Part shown: one piece after another, positions 39,651-49,958 of the stretch
How positions within the stretch are numbered: position 1 is the stretch's first letter
Layout: each line of letters starts with the position of its first letter
Assembly: GCA_010909165.1 (NCBI GenBank)
Contig: MU008168.1
Location: forward strand, 1,240,001-1,304,000
From: Anthoceros angustus
Lineage: Eukaryota > Plantae > Anthocerotophyta
Direction: 5' to 3'
DNA: 64,000 bases
Made by a program: the position numbers and the translations under genes
Notes under the pieces: model-generated
Databases searched by the model: none
What the model saw: only the letters and a program-made list of their open reading frames with translations
What the model was told of the DNA's origin: nothing

Positions 39651-40751
39651 TTCAAGAATGTTCAAGAAGTCTTCATCAATAAAACCGTCATCTTGTATTA
39701 TGGGTTCGGTTTGAATTCCGTAAACATCTCTATTCCATTGACAAAAAGCGATCGGGGATAAGTTGAATGAATTGCGGGGCTTCATCGAGCCACCACCAAA
39801 GTGCACCAAGATAGTGGCGAAGGCGGTGAGGACATCGGGCCCTTGGACATGGAAGGTGTCAATTCGGAGATGAGTGAAAAGATGTATGAAGTGGAGGCAA
39901 ACATCGGTGGACATCGGTAGACAAGAGGGTTTACTCTCGCCAAGTGTCTTGACCGCCAAGTGTTAGGCTCAAAGTGGGAGCTCGCGTTAGTGATAGGGAA
40001 TCACTGTTGGTGCTATCATTCGGTGGTGGAAGTTGAAGAAGTTGGAGTCACTTCCACAGCGTAGGTTGCGATGTCGGCGACATGGACAAATGGCGCCGGT
40101 GGGCGGCGCCACCATTTTCACCATCCTTTAGTAGCATGGAAACCGTTTTCCGATCTGCGTATTGTACATTTTGTTCGCAACGATATAACCCATCCGTCGC
40201 ATGCCTAAATCCTAAATCGTGGAAACCCGATAGCTGGCGGCCCCACGCCGCAACCTTCTTGCCAAAACAAAGACTATGGGTTACGGGGCGGTTCGGAAGA
40301 AGCACCATTCTTTACCAATGATGATGTGAAGATTGCACAATGTCTTCAAAAGACCTTGTTTATTTAGGTGCCTCAACAACCCCGTTCCCTTTTAGTCCTT
40401 AGGGTACTTATGGTAAGCAAGCATGGGTCGTATGCCAAATTCGATGGCGAACTCGCTAACCCTTTGTGTGATGGAACCTTTGCTCGGACGTCAATTTCAT
40501 CCCTTATCGACCCTTATTTTCAGGCCTTTCTGGACCGATGTTGCCCAAAGCAGCAGAATGCGACCCATCCCAAACCCCCTTCCGACGATATTTGGTTGAA
40601 AACCCCCTTACTGTATATTAACCCCCTTCCAAGATTAGCATGTTGCATTACTAATGTTGCCCAGCATCATGGACCTCCCCCTCTTGCGTGGTGCTATTCA
40701 ACATCTGTGGCTTGTCATTGTTGCTTGAGGCATCTGCTGATTTAGAAGCAC

Positions 40752-42792
40752 CAGGAGCCAACATGATAATTTTTGAAGGGGGGGAATATAGTAACCCCCT
40801 TCGGTCGAGACAGCACCTCCTTGTCACGAAGAACGCCTTTCCTAGAACAGCATATATGCCCTACTTTGATAATGCGCAAACCCCTTTACGAGGTCCTTGT
40901 TGATAAAAATGCACTTTCAAGTCTCTACCCGAGGCTGGAGCATAATAGGGTGTGGGCCCGTTTCTTTTAGTAGAATGCATAGAGGGCTGCCATTTTCATA
41001 TGTATTACAATAAGAAACTTTTACTTTCAAGTGGTGGAACACAATGAAAACAATCCGGTACTAGCGGGAGTCTCATTTCAGTGGTCGTGAGAATATTGCA
41101 ACAAACAACTGCTAAAGGAGGAAGTGGTCATCAACATCGACAATAGTCATTGAAGAGTGCGGCCTGGCGACTCATCCATGCCTTCCACCGAAACTGAGTC
41201 AAGTACCACCGCCATATTCCGGAGGCGGTCCATATCGTTCGCCTCAAAGTTGTCGTTCTCCTCCATTGCTTGCTCGTCTTCAATAGTATCATTCTTGGGC
41301 CCAGGCCGGTGTTGGTGACCAGGCGCCACCACGGCATCTAAGATGCTGGCACCCCTCATCAAAAGAGTCGCCACTCGTGGTCTTCAACCTTCTGGCACTC
41401 AATGCAACCACTTGGGCTTTAAGGCAATGCCAGCGACCTTAAAATGAACAAAGTTAGTTGCCCATGCGCCCATGCAAGCATCCTTAAAATCAACAAAGTT
41501 GAGTTATTAATAAGATATGAGTATTGGGCACGGAACCTATTCATTACTACACCTTTTCCCCAAACACTTAACCAACGGTCCCAAGTTACAAATCTATTGA
41601 GCCGCTAAATATTCATTTTCTTCAAGACAGTCTATGAGGGCCGAGGCAGCCCCATAGGTAGGCGGTGTGAGGGAGAAGGCCGTGGCCGGCGCCCATGGGC
41701 AAGGCATGGCGTGTTGGTGGGCGCACGGCGCCCAAGTTGAGGGGCGGGAGGGGCGCTGCCGGCCGAGTTGAGGCGGGCGTGGGAGGCGCGGCTGGCGCAT
41801 GGCTGGGTGAACTAAGGGAGGCGCAGGCGGGCCCATGGGGGGTGGGGGCCACCGCCGCGCCCATGGGCAGTGCTGTTAGGGGCGCCCATGAGGCGGGGCA
41901 TGTTGGGAGGCGCGGCGGCCGGCGCTCCGGCGAACTACCCCGTTGGGTGGGCAAGCAGGTGGTGCAGCCTGGCGGGCGGCCCGGCTCGCCCTCCAGCGCA
42001 CCACCCGTAGGCCGACGGTGAGTGCGGATAGGGGAGGCGCAGGCGGCCGGCGCCCTCCCTGCGTGCCATTGTGGCCCCTTCCACGCACCCACCTGCGTGG
42101 CACTTCCGCCATCGAAATTGTTGAGGCTAACCTTAGAAGCAACCTTAGAATGAAGGCTAACCTTATAAGCAAATGCGATATCGAGCCGACATCAGTGGGT
42201 CAGTGTAGAGGGTACTCCTCCCGGAAACATCTGTATGCGGTGGACAAAAAAGCGATAAGGGATAAGCTCTGCGAGTTGCGTGGCTTCATACAACCTGCGA
42301 GTCAAAGTGCCGCTGAAGATAGTGATGACAATGCAGGAGAAGCTGGACCAAGTGATGACGAAGGATTGAACTCTGGGGATGAGTGAAACTGAAATCTCGT
42401 TTTTTCCCGGGGTCCCAGAGTTAATGTTGTAAGTCCAGTTGCTGATGTTTCTGTGTTAAGGAAATACCCTGTCCGTGGCTTTTGTGGTGTCATAACAAAA
42501 CCACATTTCCTTCCCAAAACTGAGTTTACAATCGTCCCTGCCCGGCAGGAACGGCCTTCCTCACCGTTCCTACTTTGCATCATTCCCCTAGGTTCGAGTT
42601 TGAGACCACCATTCGACACAAACATTCTTTGGATGGAAAGTAGTAACTTTCTTGGGTGACACACTGTTTTGTTGTTTTAATGCCTTCAAAACGCTATTTT
42701 AGGGCCCATCAAAAACCCCCTTCAGAGATTATTTGCGGAAAACCCCCTTCGAGATTATTCACCCCCTTCAAAAATTATCATGTTAGCCATTG
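40752..42792. mobile_element. ~2.0-kb non-autonomous TIR element related to the large Sola-like element
   Basis: Left GCCAACATGATAATTTTTGAAGGGGGGGAAT versus right (reverse complement) GCTAACATGATAATTTTTGAAGGGGGTGAAT. AACCCCCTTC subterminal repeats are present. No transposase motif or TSD was found. Confidence 0.75.
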
Positions 42793-43016
42793 TTGTAGCC
42801 ACTATGGAAGAGTCTGGACTAGATGCCATACAGAATTGCTTGATATTTGCACCAAACTAGTTGTCATGAAAGTAGGCCCCGGTAAAGCCCGGAAAGAACT
42901 GGTCAAGGCATGGCAAAGGAATTCCTATGAACCTGTTGTCTGTAGTTATGAAGAAATGACAATACGGATATACACTCCTGCATGAGTCAGCCCGCCAGCA
43001 GGCCTATTCACAATGC

Positions 43017-43661
43017 ATGTCCACCACTCAGGCATGGACTACGACCGGTTCTGCATCTGGCACGCGCTTTCCAGACCTAGGCTCACTCCTATGGAGGGCA
43101 GTGGGGAGCCACCCTGAAACAAATCTTGGTGCAAAAGCTATGGCAACATCCGCCGTACAAACAGCTGGTTTGCACATTCACATAGCCATCCAAACAGGTG
43201 GTGGCCGATGGCAGCGGCTTCGAGTTCCTTGTTCGCTTGAATATGAAGGCAGGGTGCGGGCAATTTCACTGGCGGATAAGGAAAAGGACCAGGCAGAGGA
43301 CAGGGGGCTCGTTGCAAACTGGGAGGCAAATGAAGTCTGGCTTGTTAAATTGGGAGCTGAGTTTGAGAATACGCATCCTGGAACACCAAGCTGCGACAAC
43401 GTCGATTTGAAGTTGAAGTTTGCCATAGCTCTAAAGCTTGAACTTGACAAGGTCTTAGGAATAAGTCTGCCAATGCCGCTCACAGCGTTCCATTCGGAGC
43501 TGAAGTCTGAGCTGGGACGACGTCTGGCAGCCCTCCGACCCCATGTAGAGATTGAAAATCTTGCGCTGGTGGACACAAAGATGTGGGCTGGCAAGGCATT
43601 GCAGAAAGGAGTAAGCATTGTTGGCCAGTTCCTAGATGTCTTGAAAAGCTCGAGGGTGTAG
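43017..43661 (+). CDS. Hypothetical 214-aa ORF or gene fragment, unassigned
   Basis: Open frame with protein-like composition (DNVDLKLKFAIALKLELDKVLG...) in a stretch less degenerate than its neighbours. No family recognised, and it overlaps an antisense ORF. Confidence 0.3.
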   Translation: MSTTQAWTTTGSASGTRFPDLGSLLWRAVGSHPETNLGAKAMATSAVQTAGLHIHIAIQTGGGRWQRLRVPCSLEYEGRVRAISLADKEKDQAEDRGLVANWEANEVWLVKLGAEFENTHPGTPSCDNVDLKLKFAIALKLELDKVLGISLPMPLTAFHSELKSELGRRLAALRPHVEIENLALVDTKMWAGKALQKGVSIVGQFLDVLKSSRV

Positions 43662-43949
43662 CTTGGAATCAGATTGTTGCTGGTTCCACCGGCCATGACA
43701 TCTGAGCTTAATCGATTGTGGATTTTGAACGTGTTAGACAAAACAGACATGCTCTTAAGACAGATGCAATAGGTGGCTAGTGGAAAGTGCGAGCATAGCT
43801 ACAAGCATTTTTTTTTTTAAGCAATTTGCTCATCGGCCCTGGTCAATGTGTAGAGAGTGTTGGGAGCAAACTATGAGGCTATCATTTGACTCTTGTAATT
43901 TCTGAATAATTAAAAGTTGAATTCACTCCGCCCATCTGATTTCGGGAGA

Positions 43950-46900
43950 ATTGCTATGCCGATCATCCAGCCCGTTTTGCCGGGCATGACATCGGGATGT
44001 GCCAGACCTGCTTCAAATGTGCAGGAAATGTGAACGGCCCATTCGGGCATCGCGATGATAACGCTAAGGCCGTCGCTTGTCCACTACATGGAACCCACTA
44101 AAATCCCGCTTCAAGGATGGCGGCTCTCGGTTGATCATGTCACATTCATACCACTCCACATCGAAGATGAAAAATTGGACGTCCCCTCCATCACACTCTA
44201 CATCTAGAATTCTGCGGATGAGGCCCGTAATAGCCTGAAGCCGATACTTGGCCGGTAATGTGAAATCGTCCGTAAACCCATGAGTCCTGTGTCGCTTTCC
44301 GATTTTCATCTGCTTCAATAGTCCAGTAGTGATAGCCAAGAGAATCCAAGCCACGACAGGAATTTACTTTCAAACGTGGCCCATTGGTAAGCAGCAATCA
44401 CCGCTGAGTTGGGCCTGTGATCCCATTCACCAGTGATTGATGTCTCCCTCAACCATGCCTTGAAGTCCTTGTTTTGGACATGCACTACACCAAATGGGGT
44501 GCCAAAGTAACGCCGTCAATTACAATCTCCGTAACGATGAGAGCGCGTGTTACTAGATGTAGAGGATTGGAGCTGGTTGCACTCTAATCCAGACCATGGT
44601 TGAAGTGTGCCGGACACCGCCAAATGGTCTGGCTATTGGCGGCCCGCCGCGTGGCCCTATCGTTCCCATAGTACCATAGCAACCTCTACTGAGTCCTGCG
44701 TGTATCTCTTTACTTATAATATTTGGACTTGCACTCCTCTTCCATTCCTTGTCTCTGATGGTCGGGAAGGGAATCAACACAGAGCCTCTTCCAACCGGAT
44801 GTGCCACATGAGTCAGCGCCGGGTCATGTATGCCGTAAGTTAGGCGCTTTCAGTATAACCAAGTGGATGCCAATATGAGCAAGAGGGTTACGATCCCGGG
44901 AGTTTCCCACTCCAATTCCTACCATTGTACCACCAGACCACAACTACGCATGTTGAACAAATGCATTACAGATATTTTTAAAATTGCATCTTTTTTTCTC
45001 ACTTCAGACACGTGTTCCATGCTGGTGATACTACCCGGAAGGTTGATAATTTGCCGGTTTCGATCTTGAAACCTCCCCACTCTAATTTCAGTCTCTCTAT
45101 CGGCACAGCACAACCCTGCATGACACTCGTATGCAATGCACAAGTTTTAAACACGTGGGGGCACCCACCCCGACACGTTTAATTGCCGGTGGTCCCCCTT
45201 CGCCAAAATGGTTACAAGTAATAGTGATATTGATGAAGGAGTAGCGATTCAATCTCCAATCCGCCACCTCCCTGCTACCCCAGTCTACCACTAAACTTTA
45301 ACAATGGCACAAGAAGAAGATGTTCTGCACTCTCAAGTAGAACAAATGTTCAATTCCATCGTTCGATCCAGGGAAAATACTCTATTGGGAAGACATTTTT
45401 GGCAAGATGGGAATCGAACCCGGTTCATGCTGCCGCGACACCATGGATGAACCAAATAACCAACCATCCCCCGGTGATTGGAATATTCAAAAAAATAGGA
45501 AGTGTTATGGTCAATTAACCCGCCTGCTCAACACCATCACTTGGCGGGCCTTTTTTAGGTTCAAACCTTCGTTTGTCACCAAAGGCTTCATTCTCTCGAC
45601 TACCATGGAAACCTCAAGGCACTAAAAAATTGGCTGTTGAAGGAAAATTGAAAACATAGCAGGCACCTCCTTCCCAACAACTCCACAAATGACAAAATGA
45701 TTCCATTTGGGACAAGGGCCATTTTCCTACCGTATGTCAACTTCCTCCTCTTCCTCAAGAGATACAATACGAGGAAAGTCCGATTGGTGTCTCCTTAAAC
45801 ATGTGATCAGGAAAGGTGCACCATTTAACAAGCACGCCGGGCAGGTGAGAAGAACACCATACAGAACGAAACTTCGAACTGTATCACTAGGGCCATCCTT
45901 ACACATCAAGTGGCAGACAATTGTCTCTATGGTCGCAGCACAACACTTACCATCTGACCAATGTCATGCTTTTTGGCGTGTGTTACAAGGTACTAGTCTT
46001 CGTGCAGACAATTGACTCCACCAGACAAATGCCTACTTCCTCCTTCATAGCACCGACATAACACCCTGCCTACAAAACTTGATAGCAGCCTTCAACATGT
46101 CTGCATTCCCCAATGTTTTCTCAACCCATCTCAAGATCAATAATTGTGCCCTTAACCTGGTCCAACTGCTTGACCACCCACTTCCGCGTGTTCCTCAACG
46201 TTCGATGGCAAAACCCTTACTTAATACCAGACTTGTACAGCATCACTGCACAATCCTTGGCGTCCTTCCACGATAAGGAATTCATATCCTTACGCAATTG
46301 TAGCCCACGTAGCTTGATGGCCAGCTCTACTCGCAGGGCCGATTATAGGCGTGTCAAGGGAAGTGGCATACACCTCTCGATTGTTTGCTCCAAGTACAAT
46401 TTGAAAGATACTCTCCTCTTCAATTTTGCGGTCAGAATAGGCCGGTCTTCAATCCTACCATCGCATTTCTCATACGCCTTGGCTAGCTTCAACAATCGCT
46501 TCTCATTCCCCTCCCACCGTCCAACCAATTTGGTAAGATTCACCGGGGGCATTTGACCTTCGTGGGACTCCCGGCCCCTTTCTCCGCTTGCAGTTCCCCT
46601 TGTTGATGTCATAGCCTCCTACCAATCAATAGCAAGAGTAGAGTAACTGTAAAGGCTTGACCGCCACAGGGTGTGCGACCCAAGAACTTCACAGGCAAAC
46701 CCCACTCGAATTGAACGAAAGGTGGTAGTCCTTTGCTAGCCAAAAACAAGAGGTTCACGCCTCCAGCAAGCATGGTTTGGTGGGCATGGTGTAGCTCTCA
46801 CTATTTATTTGGCGTCATCTAAGCATTCTAACCTTGCTGGTATTTAGACAATGGAGTCCGTCCCACATTTGTTATAAAAAAAACTCATTTGAGTCTTATT

Positions 46901-47359
46901 CCCCAACTAAAGGACATGAGTCTGGTCTCTTAGGTGACGACCACAATCTCCCCATAGCTGGAATAGGTCATGTTGTTCTCGGATGCTATTCAGGTCAACT
47001 TCTTATATTAAATAACGTCCTTTATGTACCATCTATGCTCCTTTTTTAAACATCTTCCCACATAGGGCGACATTGCCTCTCGAGCTTGTTTGTATAAACA
47101 TTTGTGGTCCCATTTCTGCACCTTCTTAGGTACTAGATATATTTTGACCTTTAGATCACTACAACAAATGGGGGAGGGCGGAGGGGAGGGCAGGTTTGTA
47201 ACTCCTTTCCAGGAACAGAAATAAGGTAGATGTAACAAAAACGCATGGCAGTTTCAGTGATAACATTTGAAACCATTCCTTCACAACTTCGCGCAATGTT
47301 ATTTTGCCGTCGCAATGTTACATGGGTTTTGTAACATTGCAAACCATGCTTCAGTAGGG
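43950..47359 (-). mobile_element. Second, truncated CACTA element (TnpD remnant) with one CCCTA-type end
   Basis: GLIRRILDVEC...FFIFDVEWY (DUF4216-like, 44064-44354); HLAKNVF (~45395); terminal ...CAGTAGGG at 47352-47359 preceded by TGTTACA/TGTAACA repeats. No partner end was found. Confidence 0.65.
46836..47050 (+). mobile_element. Ty1/copia pol fragment (protease region)
   Basis: WYLDNG / HICYKKNSFESY...LGDDHNLPIAGIGHV...LILNNVLYVP. Confidence 0.75.
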
Positions 47360-47379
47360 CTTAACCATAGCACGACGGG

Positions 47380-47840
47380 GGTTCAGAGGTGATGCTGTGT
47401 GGCTAGGGCCCAGGACAATGTGCCATATGCACATGGTCCGGGCAGCGGACTAGTGTGCACCGCGCGGCGGGTTAAGATGACCCACGTGCGTGACCCCATG
47501 CTCCGCAGGCCGCCCATGCCAGGATAAACGTCAGTGGACCCTACTAGTGCCAGCTCGGAAGTGTGCGACCTCGGGTGCAGAAGGCTACTACGTGGCATGC
47601 CTTCCTGGCGCAGTAGGATGGATAGGTCACGGTCAACATCTAACTAGTCTTCACTATCCATTTCAAATAGCCAGAGCGGTACCGCTTGTCCACCCTCTAC
47701 TCGATGTGATATGGCGCAACCCAATGGCCGCACATGCAGACACCTTTTACATTCGCTATTGATTTCCACATGGACATCGAGTTTTCCCATGTGATCGCCA
47801 CCTCTGCACACAAGTGGACCGATAAGATACATCCTTTATT
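47380..47840 (-). mobile_element. Possible further CACTA Transposase_21 remnant
   Basis: YLIGPLV and TVTYPSY...KAC resemble the YLxPLV and DxPA...ACP segments, but the stretch is heavily degenerate. Confidence 0.4.
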
Positions 47841-48694
47841 ACTGACCGAGTAAGTAATATTGAGTCCTAATAAATTAGTAATAATACATATTAAGTTAAT
47901 AATAGTGAATTATGGTAATGAGGTAATTAAGGTAGTTACAGTATCTATGTAATCGTTTTAGACTAATTGGGTAATTACAAGAAATTAATTAATTAATGCA
48001 GTAATTAGATAATTATAATAACTTTATAATTACATTAAATTAATAATATATACTACAATAATATTCAATTAGGGTTTGTAAATTACAGTAATAAGGTAAT
48101 TAGGTATCCAATGAAGCAGCTCAACCGTAGGTATATCGAAAGGTCGACGTTTTCCATTCCAACATACATCTCATATATATGACCGCGATGACAACAACGG
48201 TTGATTGTGAGCTTCTACTTTGCTTCCTACACTTATTGGCTCGCAAACGTATTGGCTCGCAAATGGGGTGAGGTCCTTAGCGTTAGGCCGCTTCCGAGGC
48301 TCTTTTTTTGCTTCTGCTGAACTTGTTTGGATGGCTTTTTCGAAAGAGGAAGTGGTGCAAGGGGGGGAGGAGGGGGAAGGGGGTTGGGTCAGTCTTGCTT
48401 TTCTTCGATGATGACCTCCTTCGACGCGGCCCATTTGAGGGGATGGGCTCCCAGGCTATGCGAGGAGGCTGGGACTCTGACTCCTCGTGGTCTCATCCTT
48501 GCTACACGCTTCGCTAGTTGAGTCTGATTCATGAGCGAATAACACAAGGATTAGGCCTTAATAAGAGAGCAGAGAGCAAAGGTGTGAAACATACTTAGAT
48601 ACACGTGGTTGCTGAAATGGAGCAAATGAACATGAAAAGGAATCACAAGCCATGACAGGACAATTAATACGTAACATAGTATTGGTCTACCAAA

Positions 48695-49080
48695 AATAAC
48701 ACATGTTAGCCTAGTAATGGTCAAGTATTACAAAAAGTAGGAAAGACTAACCATAAATAGGACACATTAGCCATATAACATGCAAGTATTACAAAATATA
48801 AGAAACAGTGATCATAGATAGGACACATTAGCTAAATAATGGACAATGATAGCAAAATATAGGCAACTCTACCCATAAATAGGGCATGTTAGCCATATAA
48901 CAGATAAGTATTACAAAATATAGAAACCTTTAACCATAATTAAATAATATTATCCATAAAACAGACAAGTAATACAAAATAAAGGAAACTCTACCTACAA
49001 ATAAGTCATGTTAGCCATATAACGGACAAGTATTACAAATTAAAGGAAACTCTAACTAATAGAACATGTTAGCCATAATA
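48695..49080. repeat. AT-rich ~61-bp tandem repeat, ~6 copies
   Basis: TTAGCCATATAAC...CAAGTATTACAAAATA...GAAAC recurs with a ~61-bp period. Confidence 0.85.
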
Positions 49081-49399
49081 TTGTATAAAATATAAAATAA
49101 AGAAATCAGAAGGATTCTTACTTGATTACATGAGGTTGACGGCTAATAGGAGAGGTGGAGTCTTTTTGCTTATCTTGTCGTAGGGTATAGAGGTACTGCA
49201 CAAATGACTAAAATAATAATTAATAGTAAATATTAAGTAAATTAAAATTTCAATCTAAAAAACCTAAATAAAACTTAAAATGTATTACTAAACATGTAAA
49301 ATGTATTATTAAACCCTAAACAAAAGTACACAACAAGGAGCAAATGATGGCAAGAAATGCCGCATTGGTGCGAAGACGAAACGAGTAGTAACCATGAGG

Positions 49400-49620
49400 A
49401 ATGAAGAAGAAGAAGAATTTTATTGAAGTCCACTAAAGACGGATTTCCGTCATGGGACTTGGCACTTAACAACTTGTGCCATGGTGTGCTTAAGCTACTT
49501 GCACCAAGGGCATTTACTCCCTTTAAGCTCCCCCATTTAAGTACCTATCTAGGCGCAGAATGCTTAATAACGACGTTCTTATATACGTGTGTCCATCTGG
49601 CCTAAGCCATTTGGACACAT
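49400..49620 (-). repeat. ~215-bp repeat, left copy (inverted partner of 57605-57820)
   Basis: ATGAAGAAGAAGAAGAATTTTATTGAAGTCCACTAAAGACGGATTTCCGTCATGGGACTTGG...GGCCTAAG matches the reverse complement of 57605-57820. Confidence 0.9.
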
Positions 49621-49958
49621 TTATCATGGCAGGCACGGAAGCACGGAGGACCTTGAGGTATATGCAAACATATCGGGTTCATTGAGGGGCTAGGGTTTAA
49701 AGAGAGAGATACCGGGTAACCGGAAAGTCCATGTGTTTGTCACGATGGCCCCCAAAGAGTGGGACCGACCCGCCATTGGCAGAGGGGGCAGATAGGCTGC
49801 CAAAGGCCCCTCGCGGGCCCCGACGATTCACGATTTGATTCGCGAATTTCCAGGGAAGAAAAGAAAGACTGGCTGTGAGCCAGGGGGTGCATACATATAA
49901 ATTCGTGCGCCCTGGTCGGTGGAGGGCAGGGTGGAGGTGAGCAGGCGGGGGCCGGAAC

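Larger units (their letters stand above)
12858..40652 (+). mobile_element. Large TIR DNA transposon (Sola1/DUF7869-like transposase) with cargo; ~9.2 kb after removing the nested CACTA element
   Basis: AACATGATAATCTTGGAAGGGGGTTAATATACA (12866-12898) is the reverse complement, with 1 mismatch, of 40612-40644. AACCCCCTT subterminal motifs lie inside both ends, and the transposase is at ~37050-39650. The extreme termini are degenerate and no TSD was resolved. Confidence 0.7.
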
